Of a stretch of DNA of 64,000 nt, positions 1-12,791 are shown piece by piece. Position 1 is the first letter of the stretch. Each line of letters begins with the position of its first letter. A model generated the notes under the pieces. The model saw only the letters and a program-made list of their open reading frames with translations. It ran no database searches and was not told the DNA's origin. This stretch comes from Haplodiscus bocki (lineage: Eukaryota). The stretch spans positions 46,500,001-46,564,000 of the forward strand of contig OZ296657.1 in NCBI GenBank assembly GCA_965655095.1, written 5' to 3'. Position numbers and translations under genes: made by a program.

Positions 1-1100
1 CCCACTCCCGATAACGAAACATCACTGAAAAAATCAGAGAATGTTATGAGTTGTGAGCTGACTTCGAATTTGATTGACAACGACATAAATGGAGAAAAGT
101 CGATTTACTGCCGTTACGTGAGCATCAGCCTTCAGGAAGACCGCGAGAATGATCTCAATCGAATTCTAGCGTTGTCCACCTGCCTGCCTCTATCGAACCC
201 TTCCGAGGCCGAACGAAAACCGCTGAAAATGACTGCGAGAATGACTGAAGAAAATTTTGTCAGAGTAAAGTATCGAAAAGCCGCAATTGCAGCGAATCCA
301 ACAGGCGACGAATTTTTTCTCGCTTGGTCTGGTCTCCGAGAGTACTTGTCATGTTGACTCAATGACCTGCAGTTAAGACGCTACGATACAATCTTACGCC
401 ATTGAATTTCAAGATTGTAGTGCGGTACGGCTGGGAATCACGACAATCACCATCGAATTGTTCATATGGTAGACAATCTAACAGTCGCTCATGCCATCAC
501 TGCGGAAACGGTGGATACTCGCGTGAAGCACTAAGCCATCCACGATTCCTTTGCAAAGCTAATGGAGGACGTCTGCAATGATGTCCAAATTGAGCCGCAT
601 CTTTTGCCGTAAAACGTGAGTCCTTTCAGCGAACCACGGCCACTGAAGACGAAGCAAGATTAGAAATTAAAGCAAAGGGCCTTTGGGAAACTAGATTTTG
701 TAAGAATTTCTTTGACGTGAAGACTTCCAATCCACTTGCGAAGAGTTGCTACAAGTCCAAAATTGAAGCAAACTCTCATCATAAATCTCTGGAAAAGCTA
801 AGATATGAACGGAGAATCGTGGGGAAGAGAACGCCAGATTCAACCCGCTTCTTTTGAATGTGGAGTGGGAACACAAGGCACCGCATCACCTGTTAAGAAA
901 CGCCTGGCCGCCAAAATAAGCAAACGAGAAGGCGAGAGCTACGCGGACGCAATCGAATACACCCGAACGCAAGTAAGTTTTGCGCTGCTCCGGAGCTCAA
1001 CCCTCTGAATCCAAGGAACCAGTTCCACGAAAGCAAGCCCAACGCCATAACCAGTCGAGACATCATAGGCTGCCGTTACTGAAAAAGGAGGACTATTGTA
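1..1100 (+). mobile_element. Degenerate 3' portion of a CRE-like (restriction-like endonuclease) non-LTR retrotransposon
   Basis: Frameshifted translation gives ...VRYGWE..., HDSFAKLMEDVCNDVQIEPHLLP, EARLEIKAKGLWETRFCKNFFDVK and YTRTQVSFALLRSSTL. These resemble the Zn-knuckle/PD-(D/E)xK C-terminus of CRE-type elements. Many stops and indels. Confidence 0.7.
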
Positions 1101-2700
1101 GGTCGCCACAGGATTTTCTCCGATATGCATATTTTATACTGAAGTGTTTTCGCCTGTATAATAGATTAATATTCCGAGTTTACCCATTTGAAGACTGGAT
1201 TGTGTCCTAAAATAATCCTGTGGAAATCTGCATTATCCACACTGTCGTTTTCAATGATTTCAAAATAATTATCATTTTACCTGAATTTCAATAATTTTTG
1301 ATTGAAACTCAGTATTGACAGATAGTAGCTAATGCATGCAAGCTTTGGATACTCTAATGTATGTACTGTTACTTCTACATAGCCAGTTTTCATATGCCAG
1401 AGAGGATTTTTAGGATCTTCTTAGTTTTCAGGCAGAAGATGATTATGTATGGATGCGAGGTTCTGCTGTTTGAGTTGCTACAACCTTCAACTCAACAGCT
1501 ATTGTCAACGAAATTTGGCTAGTTTGAAAAATTAACTTCACGTTGCAGTACCAATTCAGGTCTCTCTACAAAAATCTTTTCGATCAATTTATAGTTTTCA
1601 TAATTTTACTGAAAGATAAGTCCAAGTAGTTTATCTCAGTAATTAAATATATTCAGCGGCTTCTAAATCTAAGGACTACATAATTGAAGTAAGTGAAAGC
1701 GCATTAAGGAAAGAGTTTCTTGGGTGATAAATTCTAAAATGTCACTAAGATAAGTGGTCCACAGTTCTTGATATTTTCTTCTCAGATATAAGTTTTATAG
1801 TTCAGCTTGATGTAACATGCTGTTACACACTTTTTTTAAATGATGTTTGTTTTTATACTGATAGGTAATTCAATGTTTCTTCATTTCCAGGTTCAATAAG
1901 TTACAAATATTCAAGACAAAACAACAAGCCAAACTCACAGAACAGCGCTCCTCGTATGACTCAAAAATGTAGGGAGCAATAACAAAAGTGCTTGGAAGCT
2001 TTCTCTTGTTAAAATGGCATCAAACATTTTATTGGGCAGAAAACTTAGGAAGGGCGGTCTTCTCAAAAACTTTGAGAGTAGAAATTGTAGAATTTACGGC
2101 ACCTCGAACCCGTGTCTATGACTTAAAAAACCGTTTATCCGCTCTCTAGACTAGCAGGATACGTTTTCTTTTACAGATTTTGCTCAAAAATGTTGAACCT
2201 TTTAACAGTCATAAATACACAAAAGAAGTAGGCGTAGTAGTGAGGTTTTATTGTAAAGAGTCTGAATAAAAACATTATTCTGGCATTCAACTATTCATGA
2301 TAGTCATCAATCAGGCCCGAAAAATCTTTGAGGACTATATCCTTTGATTGGACTTTCCGTTAAGACGGAGCATGAATAGAATAACATGCCATGATCTGTT
2401 GAAACTTGAATAAGTTAATTTTCGAGAACTTTTTCGAGAACAGCCGACAAGCGAAAGAGTATATAGTTTCATAGATGTCAGAAATACATACACAGAAGCT
2501 AATCGTGGACGCGCTTTGAACATACATGAAGATATCTGAAATGTGATTTTTCTGCTTTACCGTTTCAAATATCCATGTGTTCTTCATTTTTTTTCATCAA
2601 CTTCTCTTGCATCCCACATTACAGCTGTCTTTAAGGATTCGATGTATCCAGTTAAGGTTTATTGCTTCTTGAGCGTTGTTAAATGTGCTTCACTACATGT

Positions 2701-3738
2701 CTAATCATATTTGGATTTAAGATAAGCCCAAGAGAAACTTCTTCCCTCATTTTCTTCCTCTTCGCCGGTGTACACATCGCCCAATTCTTCCTTTCCATCT
2801 TCTTCACAGAAAGTTTCGAAGTTATCATAGAGATCAAGTTCTTGTAATATTGAAGGCGGTAAAGATTTGCAGAAATCTTGAAATTCATCCGCTGTTGATA
2901 GCGCAACCTGATTTAGGAATATGTTTTCAGAACTTCCGATTATTTTCTGTGGATGTGGCTGTTTGTTCGAAGGGAATATTCCACGTTTATCTCTACCAAT
3001 ATATAAACCTCTACGTCTCATAAACTCTAGCCTGCAAAACAAGTGCCGAAAAGAATAACTGAAAGCACAGGATTTCATCATTTCCTCGTGTGTCATGTTG
3101 AATGTTTGTTTCAAATAAGAATAGATCCGCCTAAGTAATTCAACTGGCTTGTTCAAAACATCTGCAGAGTTAAGCAAGATTTCCCTTTTTTCCCTCTTAG
3201 TGAAAAAATTCTCGTCGAAAACTTCCATCTTCTGAGATAATTGAACGGCCGAAAACAGTAAAACTGAAGGATTCCGAGAAAGGGCAGTGCCCAAATCAGT
3301 GAGACTGACTTGATTGTCCAAAAAGCAATACAGAAGGTCATCAATGTCCTCTTTCGGCCTAATCAGCCATTTCGGATGACACAGTAATATACTCTTCATA
3401 TGTTGATTTTTAATCAAATACGTCGATTGGAGATAATATATTCGATTCTTCACACTTGAGAGATGGTAATTCAATAAAATCCCGTTATTGCCTTCCATAA
3501 TTTTGGAAAACGCGGAAAAAGAAAAATTCAATTCATGTATCAAGAACTCCTGGAATTTTGGTAACTGCTGTAATTGAAATGGAGTGAAATTCTTTTTGAT
3601 GACTTGCGAAAGATTTTGTGATGGAGCGCATTCTGTAAAATATCGACATATCAAGCTTGCAGACATACCACTGAGACTCCTTTCAGCTGTCACCAAATGA
3701 AAAGTTACGTTAACAGATAATACACGCAAACGAATCAT
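2701..3738 (-). CDS. MTERF4: Mitochondrial transcription termination factor 4 (mTERF family), intronless, 345 aa from ATG 3738
   Basis: Open ORF with an Arg/Ser-rich, presequence-like N-terminus and mTERF helical repeats (NPSVLL, SADVL). The C-terminal RLEFMRRRGLY...DKRG...P..I...SE..FL..VA.ST.DEFQ.F.K.L segment plus acidic tail matches the MTERF4 layout. The frame is also open upstream to ATG 3837. Confidence 0.85.
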   Translation of the reverse strand: MIRLRVLSVNVTFHLVTAERSLSGMSASLICRYFTECAPSQNLSQVIKKNFTPFQLQQLPKFQEFLIHELNFSFSAFSKIMEGNNGILLNYHLSSVKNRIYYLQSTYLIKNQHMKSILLCHPKWLIRPKEDIDDLLYCFLDNQVSLTDLGTALSRNPSVLLFSAVQLSQKMEVFDENFFTKREKREILLNSADVLNKPVELLRRIYSYLKQTFNMTHEEMMKSCAFSYSFRHLFCRLEFMRRRGLYIGRDKRGIFPSNKQPHPQKIIGSSENIFLNQVALSTADEFQDFCKSLPPSILQELDLYDNFETFCEEDGKEELGDVYTGEEEENEGRSFSWAYLKSKYD

Positions 3739-4099
3739 CTCACTGAAAAATTGACCTCGATTGACATTTTTCAAGTAAAATGTCTTATAAAAGATGGTAT
3801 ATATTTTTGCCATAAATCTTGAAGCCCATATCATCATATTAGCAGTAAAACCGGGGCACAGACAGGAGTTCGAATTACAACTCAATTTTGGTCAATGCAA
3901 GTTAGTGGTATTAGTATTAAACGAGAAAGGACTAGACATGCACCGATTTAAGATACTAGTAACAAGAAACGAGGAGCCGTACTGAAGGGCAGGTCTTTAT
4001 ATTAGCCCAATTGTGGCGATATTATAAGCCTAAGCGTTGTGATAAGCTTATTAAGTAGTTAACGGTTGAATGATGTCACAAATTGAAGTTGGGCCAGTG

Positions 4100-4735
4100 C
4101 CGTTGCTATTGATTCAAGGAGCAGACTTTTCTCCACTAGTAACTATTACCCAATAATATTCGAACTTCTCGATGCCAATGATGATGCATCTGGATTTCTC
4201 GAAAAAATCTTCAACACGAAAATCAACTCTTACATGTCTTCTAAAAGATGCCCTGATTCTTCATAATCACCTTGACATCAACTTACCAGATTATATTCAG
4301 CTGAATTCTGGCTACTCATTAGTAAACCGACATCGGCGCACCTTCATCATAAAACACTGTAAGAAGAGAAAAACTGAGGAGTCATTCTTTACTAGAGCGT
4401 CTGTACAAGCAAATTATCTTTCTCTCAGAAATGTTGACATCCTTGATCCCAGCTTCGCGACTTACCGCAAAAATCTTTTATCTTATCTTCATCTTCAAAT
4501 CTCCGAAAAATTTAACCTATTGAATTCATGTTCATTTCACATCAACTGCACTTGTTCATTCTGTAGAATGCGTCCACTCGCTTAGCTGACATCTCTGACT
4601 GATTCAACTTCCTTGGTATCATTACACTTTGCTTAATTATTTTCTGGGTTAATTACTTACTCGCTCGCTGATCAAACTGAATAAACTTAAATGTTAATGC
4701 TTTCTTGTTGTTCAAGAATAAAGTCTTTTAATAAT
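4100..4735 (+). mobile_element. Internally deleted CR1/L2-type LINE fragment (end of endonuclease fused to ORF2 C-terminus and 3' UTR)
   Basis: SNYYPIIFEL (SDH-like endonuclease end) is followed by ...KTEESFFTRAS...NSCSFHINCTCSFCR*, then AATAAA at 4717 and a short TAA tail. Confidence 0.65.
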
Positions 4736-6800
4736 ATGTATGTATGTATGTATGTAAGACTTTATTACTATTCGTAAGGACTAAAAATTAAACAATATGA
4801 CAAACTAAAAATTATAAAACATATTCATCTGATGCAAATAAGCGTTTGAACAACTGTTTCACTCGAGGTTTGAAGATGTTAGGCTCAACGAAAGAGTCGA
4901 CATTGTGCTCTTTCATCAACCAGTTTGACAGGGGAACAATTCGCTGGAAAAAGTGATTGTCGGCCTGTTTTGTACGAGTTGATTTAACCTTGAGAACGGG
5001 CTTCAGGGTAGATCTAGTGTTGTAGTAAAAACTGTCACAGGGGTAAATGATCGATAAAAAGTTATGAAAATCAAAATCATACATGCCATTTAGGATTCGG
5101 TTGAGAAATAGCAGATCGTTTATTTTCAGGAGAAGATTTATAGGAAGTAAACCGGACGAGATTAATCTAGTCTTGTATGTAGCACCCTTGCATATCCACT
5201 TTGAGACGTTTTTCTGGAACTGTTCTAATTTAGATAGGTCTTTCCGATTCGGGGACCAAACTTGTGACCCGTAAAGTAATTTTGGCAAAATATAGGTCTT
5301 ATACAATTTAGTCTTGATTTGGCTATGTAAATGCAGCGGTAGACATCTTCTTAAGGATATAATTCTAATGTAACATGCTTTTAGACGATCAGATATATGT
5401 TTTGACCAAGCTAAGTTGCTTGAAAAAGATAGACCGAGATCAACCACGCTTTTTTGAAGAAATATTTCATGGTCATCCAGGATAAGAACTTGAATATCTG
5501 TGATGCAGTCTTGAGACCGAAAATCGAATGAAATGAGCTGTGTCTTTTCGGCATTGAATGATAATTTGTTTACCTGTGACCACTGAGAAAGTGCTAATAT
5601 ATCATTTTGCATTTCGAGAAGGTTGTTATGAATAAGCTTAAGATCATCGGCATACAGGAATGTTTTTGAGTGCGATACTTGGGTTGGCAGGTCGTTGATA
5701 AAAACCAAAAACAGGAGTGGACCCAAAATCGATCCCTGAGGCACACCACTGGTGACTGGTAATGACGCTGATATAATAATGTTGAGTTTAACGCATTGAA
5801 CGCGATTTGTTAGGTAGCTCGATAGCAACCTCAGCAAAGATCCTCCAATACCAAAAAGGCGTAATTTTTCCAGTAGCGTCGCGTGAGATACGCTATCAAA
5901 TGCTTTTGAGAAATCAAGATAAAGTGCATAACAATCTGTATTTGTGTCAACGTTATTGTAGATAGCCTGCAAATAATTTATTAGTTGTAGCACCGTGGAT
6001 TTCCGTCTCATAAAACCAAATTGGGAGCCGGATAGTTGGGGGGAGAAGAAATCATATAACTTATTGAACAGTAAGCGCTCAAACACTAATGATAATTTTG
6101 ATAAACAAGAAATTGGTCTATAATTACACATCGATTCGATATTACCAGATTTATGAAGGGGTGCTATTATAGCTTGCTTCCATTCATTTGGCCAATATGA
6201 GTGTTTTAACAAGTTCTTTAATAAATTATGGTAATGGATACCCAGTGCATTAGAAGTCTGTAAGATGAAATCACCATTAATAGCATCTGTACTAGAACCA
6301 CGTTTTGTTTGTCGTAGAGCCTTATCGACGTCTTGAATTGTGAATTCAATATTGTTTAGGGTATTTTCAGAGAAATCAGAAAATGGTAGACTATCTCTCT
6401 TAAAAACACTGCAAAAATGTTTGTTGAAACCATTCGCTTTATTAAGATCATCAATTAGGATTTCATCGTTTAGAGTCATACAAGCTGGTAATTTATTGCT
6501 ACGTTGGAAAGAATTGATCAGTTTATAGCAATCATTAACGTTCAGATTCGCGTCTACAAATTTTTCAATGAATAAATGTGTATCAAGAGCAATAGATTCT
6601 TGTACATTGGTGGTTAATATTTGAACTGATGGTGTGGGAATATACGTTGGTTGTCGATTGATTCTTCTGTGTGTAGTATGGAGCTTGTTGAGCATGTGAA
6701 TAGTGTGCGAACTGTAAAAGCTAGGAAATTGGGTTCTTCTTTGCCGCTTATGTTTGATGAATAATAATAATAATATCTATGCGAATGCCTGTAGCCTTCT
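4735..6800 (-). mobile_element. 5'-truncated CR1/L2-type LINE with (ACAT)n tail; RT ORF 4812-6695
   Basis: 627-aa open ORF with NYRPIS, QFGF, YLDFSKAFDSVSH, GVPQGSILGPLLF and YADDLK. The 3' UTR ends in AATAAAGTCTT followed by (ACAT)5. Confidence 0.9.
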
Positions 6801-7106
6801 CTCATAGGACCGTCAATTAGGTCAGTAGAATGATGTGCTGTCACCAAGATTGCAGATGATATTCAATGTTCGGAGACTTGGTCCGACTCAAATTAAAAAA
6901 GTTTTGTTATTCATCCAAGCAATTACGCAATTCCTAATCGCCAAAACAGCTTTTCCGAAAAGTGAATTGAAGTCGTGGATTTGGCAGGTGTATCTGAAAA
7001 CTAAGGATTAAAGAAAGGCGTACAAAGCTAAAGAAACTAAGTTCAAATATATTGAATAAATAACATACAGTGGAGTCCGGATATAACGAATCGCTATATA
7101 ACGAAT

Positions 7107-10100
7107 GATTTACTATATTGAACTTCATGGTTTCTTAGCAGGATACTGTGGTGGTTTGCTATTGCCTTCCACAGCCAGAGCCTCGTTCTTTAGACAGTGT
7201 TGGCAACACTGTCCCCCAGGGGGTACCACGAGGAGGTGAGGTTGGATTTACCCTGGTTCAATATAGTAACTCAAGAAAACGACGTTAACGTAGCCCAAAG
7301 GGGAGACGCGTCCGGTATGTTTTGCATCACCAGGCAGGGTGCACCAGATCGTCACCATGCTACTGCCAAGATAGAAAAGCAAAAGGAAAAGAAGAATGTG
7401 TTCAAAATCGCAACATGGATTGTGAGAACACTGTTACAGCATGGAAAGTTGGAAAACGTGAAAAACGAAATGGATCGTTATCGAAACGAAATTCGATATC
7501 CTCGGAATATCAGAAATGCGTTGGAAAGGAAGTGGACGTATTCAAACCGACGACCACACTGTCTTTTTCTCCGGCTCAGAAAACAGAAGCGAGATGGGAG
7601 CTGGATTGATATTTAACAAAAAGTGGTCAAAGATTCTGGCCAAATTATCGACCGCGCCAATGCCAATGAATATTGTCCAAATGTATGCTCCGACAGCAAC
7701 AACAACAGATAGTGAGATCGAGGCATTTTACGATGATGTCAAAACAGCCATTAACAAATGCAAATCCAGAGATATCACAATGGTCATTGGTGACTGGAAT
7801 GCGAAAGTAGGCAACAAAGAGTCCTGTAGTGCCCTTGAACCTTTCGGACTGGATGAAAGAAACGAAAGAGGTGACAGATTTATTGAATGGTGCGAGGATC
7901 ACAAGATAGTCATCAGTAACACATGGTTCGAAAATCGAAAAAGTAGATTGTATACATGGCGAAGCCCTGGTGATCGTACAAAAAACCAAATCGATTATAT
8001 ATGTGTGAATGAAAGATGGAAAAATTCCATCCTGGACTGCAAAACGTACCCTGGGGCGGACATCGGAAGTCATCACAATCCAGTTGCTGCAAAGGTGAGA
8101 TTGATTTTGAAGAAGACAAAAGCAGCTGAATTGAGACGCAGGAGGGATTATCAGTCTATTGATCCTGCTACCAGACATGGAATAGAACACTATGTAGGAC
8201 AGATATGGACACACGAAGATAGAGAAACGAAAGAAACCACATGGGAGAAATTCAAACGTGTGTATCATCTAGTAGATGAAAATTTTGTGCCTGTACGTAA
8301 ACAACACAAAAACGGATGGATCACTGAAGAGATCATAGAATTGATGGAAAAACGAAGGACAGTTAAATTTGACGACAGAAGATACGAAGAAATAGACCGC
8401 AATATTAAACCAAAATGTATGGAGGAAAAAATGAAGTATTATGACGCGCAATGTAACGGAAATGAATTGACTGAAAAATATATGCCAAGATATCACCATC
8501 GAAGAATACAACAAGTAACTGTTAAGGAATGGAAAAGTCGAATGGATTCTAACGTGTTAAAGGATAAAGAAGGAGAGAACATGATTGAAAAAGGTCACCT
8601 TATATAGGCAATGTATTGAAGAACTGTATAGTGACGATGAACGACTGCAAGAAACGATAAAGTTCGAGGGCGAATTGACTGGTAAAAAAATTGAAAAAGA
8701 TGAAATAGTGAAAGCAATGAATACAATGAAAACGGACAAAGCGATTGGAAATGATGAAATACGTGTCGAAACGGTCAGAAATCTGGGCAACACTGGTTTA
8801 GATATGCTACAGAAACTATTTAACGAGGTATATGAAAGTGGAAAATGGGATAATAAGATGATGGAATCAACGTTTATACCGTTACCAAAGAAACCAAAGG
8901 CAATTGACTCTAGTAACTTCAGGAAGATTAGCATAATGAATCACTCGACGAAATTTTTATTGCAAATCCATATAAATGGATTGAAAAATGCCATTCATGC
9001 AGAAGTCAATGAATGCCAGTACGGCTTCATGCCGGATAAAGGAACTCGAAACGCGGTGTATGTACTCAACTGGATCGCAGAAAGAAGTAAACAAGTACAG
9101 AAAAGGGTGTTTTGCTGCTTTATTGTTTACACAAAGGCGTTCGACCGAGTCCAACACAACATATTATTTGAGATTTCGTGTGATCTAGACGTTAACGACA
9201 AAGATGTCCGGATATCCGACTACTGCACAACCTTTATTTTGGACAGAAAGCGGATATCCGAGTCTGCAATACGAAGTCAGAAAATGTGGATATAAAGAAG
9301 GGAGTGAGACAAGGATGCGTTCCATCGCCAGATCTATTCTCATTATATTCGGAGGTGATAATGAGAGCAATAGACAGAGAAAATGGAGTCAACATCGGAG
9401 GCCATAATATAACCAATATCCGATTCGCAGACGATACAGTTTTAACAGCAAATACAGCAGACGATCTACAGATTCTACTGGAAAAAACCAACGCGAAATG
9501 TAGAAAGTTTGGAATGGAGATAAATACGAAAAAAACGGTCATCATGGTACTAAACGGAGATGGAAAAATGAAATCAGAGATCAAACTAAATGGTGAAGTT
9601 CTTAAAGAAGTGGAAAAATTCAAATACTTGGGAAGCTGGATAACGACTAATGGAGGACACATGACTGATACTAAATGTCGAATTGCCGAAACGAAAAAAG
9701 CTTTTGCGGACATGAAGAACTTACTAGCTAATCTTAAAAAGCCGTTTGACTTGCGATACCGAATTTTGAATTGTTATGTCATGCCTATACTTCTGTACGG
9801 ATGTGAAAACTGGATATTGAACCAACAACAAATTAAAAGACTGGAAGCGACCGAAATGTGGTTTATACGGAGAATGCAAAAGATGTGCTGGAAAGAAAAG
9901 AAGACAAACGAACAGGTACTCAGAGAAACTATTGGAAAACGAAAAACAACACAAAAAATTGTGCAGCGACAAGTGTCATTTTTTGGACACGTTATGAGAA
10001 AAGGCCAACTGGAAAACATCGTAACAACAGCAAAAATAATTGGAAAACGGAAGAGAGGAAAACCATCGATACAGTATATGGATCAGATTGAAAAATGGAC

Positions 10101-10192
10101 CCAGCAAGAATCCATCGAGAACCTGATGTCGAAAATTTACGAACGGACTTTACTGGTTGCCCAAGTCTATTGACAAGGCACGCAAAGAAGAG
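7107..10192 (+). mobile_element. RTE-clade (RTE-BovB-like) LINE, near full length, frameshifted
   Basis: APE motifs (IATW.VRTL, GISEMRW, YAPT, GDWNAKVG, NQIDYI) and RT motifs (QYGF, KAFDRV, GVRQGC..SP.LF, RFADD). It ends in GGCACGCAAAGAAGAG. 11-bp TSD ATATAACGAAT (7096-7106) / ATAAAACGAAT (10193-10203). Confidence 0.92.
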
Positions 10193-10360
10193 ATAAAACG
10201 AATTTCACTTATAGTGAACGGTTTTGCGTGGTCCCAGCCAAACGCTTAATAAATTTACTCTTTTATAACGAATGCTGTCTGTTTATAGCGAACGTATTTG
10301 CGTGAGTCACCCAATAATTGCAGTTTGTTTGCTTTCAAATTTATGCGCGTAGTACACGGT

Positions 10361-11911
10361 ATGGCTACACAGAAACGTAGAGCTTTTACTGCGGAGGAGA
10401 AACTGAAGCTTGTGGACGTTTATTTGAAGAAATCACCATCTCAGTCACTGACCGATTCTGCTCAAGAGCAGGGCATAACCTCATCAATTTTAAGCACAAT
10501 TTTAAAGAACAAAGACAATTTTCCTGTGAACGAGTCTATATCTAAAAAGAAGAAACAGCGAAAGTGTCAGCTGGGGGATCTGGACAGGGCTTTATATCTC
10601 TGGCTTAAAGAAGCTCGAGCAAAGAATACACCTTTAAGCGGTCCACTAATTAAACAAAAAGCAGATAACCTTGCTTTTCCCTTGGGTATCAAAACTGAAG
10701 TTGTTCTCAGGTTCTCAGGGTTGGTTTTTCCCGTGGAAAGTGAGAAATAATTTAACAAACCGATCGCTTTGCGGAGAAGCAAGCCTTGTAAACTCCGAAG
10801 TTATTTCTCAATGGCTCTCTTGTGACGCAAAGGAAATTTTGGGGACATATGCTGCCAAGGACATTTTCAATGGGGATGAAACTGGACTTTTCTGGCGCAT
10901 GATGCCATCTCGCAGTTACGTAACCAAAGACGACCCTTGCCATGATGGAAGGAAAAGTAAAGACAGAGTCACTGTTATGATTGCAGTGAATTCTGACGGC
11001 AGCGAAAAATTGCCTTTATTGGTTATTGGAAATTTCGCGAAACCGCGGTGTTTCAAGAATTTTCATCCACCATGCCCTTACATGAAATCTGCAAAGGCAT
11101 GGATGACGACTCAGCTGTTTCAAAATTGGCTTGAGACCTGGAATACACGGCTCATTCGGCAAAAGCGGTCTGTGTGTTTGGTGATTGATAATTGCAGCGC
11201 TCACGCAGTTACGCCCAATCAGTTCTCGCAAATAAGAATTGTGTTCTTACTTCCAAACGCGACCTCAGTGGCACAACCATGTGATTCGGGAATAATCTAT
11301 TGCTTTAAACAACATTATCGCCATATTTTGATCAAGAAAATTATAGATCAAGTGGAATCTGGGTTGCCTAGAAACTCTAGATCGGCTGAAGTAACCTTGT
11401 ACGATGCTATGAAGATGATGAAGACTACCTGGAACAGAGTCAAGGAAAACACTATTGCAAACTGTTTTCGAAAGACCGGCTTAAGGAAACGAGATATTGC
11501 TGCCGTTACTCTTGAATGCACTGACTTCGAATTTACCGTTGAAGAACCCCAATTTCCCGACATTACTCACGATGTCCTTGACCAGGTTGATTTTGAAGTC
11601 TTTGTCAACATTGACTCAAGAAATTTAACGTCTGAAATCTTCTCTGACACATAAATTGCTTCAAACGTCCAGATATTCACTGAAATTGAGAATATCGCAA
11701 TTAGTGACGAAGAGGACGATCAAGGTGAACCTGAAGTAATGATGACAAATTTGGTTGCAGAACAACATTTAGAGGAGTTGAAAAAAAAAATTTTACACGT
11801 GGAATGGAAGAGGGAATTGGGTACTGTGAGAAAATGACCGAAATGGTGAAAGACCGGCGTCTACAGAATTCAACACAGACGGCACTCACTCGATTTTTCA
11901 GTCCAATTTGA
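10361..11911 (+). pseudogene. Tigger/pogo (CENP-B-like) DDE transposase, disrupted
   Basis: HTH domains (KRRAFTAEEKL, LYLW...PLSGPLIKQKA) and DDE motifs FNGDETGLFW, IDNCSAH and QPCDSGII. Frameshift near 10700 and stops after 11650. Confidence 0.9.
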
Positions 11912-12083
11912 CGGATATCTTAAATGTTTGTAACGAACAAAACCTCTTCAAACATGCTTTTGCTCGTTTATAACGAATTTCTCTAAAGCAAACTTCGTTT
12001 ATATTGAACGAAAATGGACTGTCCCCAGGCGTTCCTTGTAACCGGACTCCACTGTATGGAAAATATTAAAAACAATGTGTTTA

Positions 12084-12121
12084 GCAAAAGCTTTTCGATC
12101 ATTTCAGATGATCATCAGTGT
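12084..12121 (-). ncRNA. Minimal type-I hammerhead ribozyme in the Penelope pLTR (degenerate copy)
   Basis: Minus strand reads ACA CTGATGA TCATCTGAAATGATC GAAA AGCTTT TGC: conserved core and palindromic stem III, with one stem I mismatch. Confidence 0.65.
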
Positions 12122-12791
12122 ACATATTTTTGCGAGTTAAAATGTTCAAATTTTTCAAGGAGAAAGGATCTTTGAACAACATGTATACTGCTAGAAATAT
12201 ATGACTGTCATGGCTGGGGGTTCTTGGTTTCAGAAGACGTAGGATAAAGACCGGCTTCGAAACTCTTCTTTCGTATTCAGTAATGGCTTTTGTTGCCGAA
12301 TGTACCTAGCTTCCAGTGTTAATAGCAACTTTTCGTTTCTCGCGCCATCTAAAATTTCAGAATCTTCAATTGAGACGGCAGAGTCATATTCGCCGAAATG
12401 TGTGTGGACTGGGGTAGCTTTCGCAGCGTGCTCCTTCGCTCGTAATGAAATGTGTCGGATTGTTTGTCCGATATAGGTCCAATGACATTTAGGACACGTC
12501 ATGTTATACACTATACGAGACTTCAAGGCAAACGGAAAGGCGCCTTTCAGGTTTGAGACTACATATCTCAATTTGTTCGTACTGAAGGCTAGATTCACGG
12601 AAGGCAGTATTTTCTTCAGTTTGAACGCAAAGTTTTCTAAAGATACTTCCCGGTATTCTAACGACAGCCAATGCTTTAGTGTAGGATTGGTCTTCTTTGA
12701 GACGTTGTTCTGGTCTGTCGATTGTCCGTTAGAAATTATGTTTGTGAGGGTACTGTTAAGTGTTTTCGAGATGAATTGTATAGGATATGAT

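Larger units (their letters stand above)
7068..12054 (+). mobile_element. Tigger/pogo DNA transposon interrupted by an RTE LINE
   Basis: TIRs CAGTGGAGTCCGG at 7068 and ending at 12054, TA duplications at 7066-7067 and 12055-12056, and repeated TATAACGAA subterminal motifs. Confidence 0.92.
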
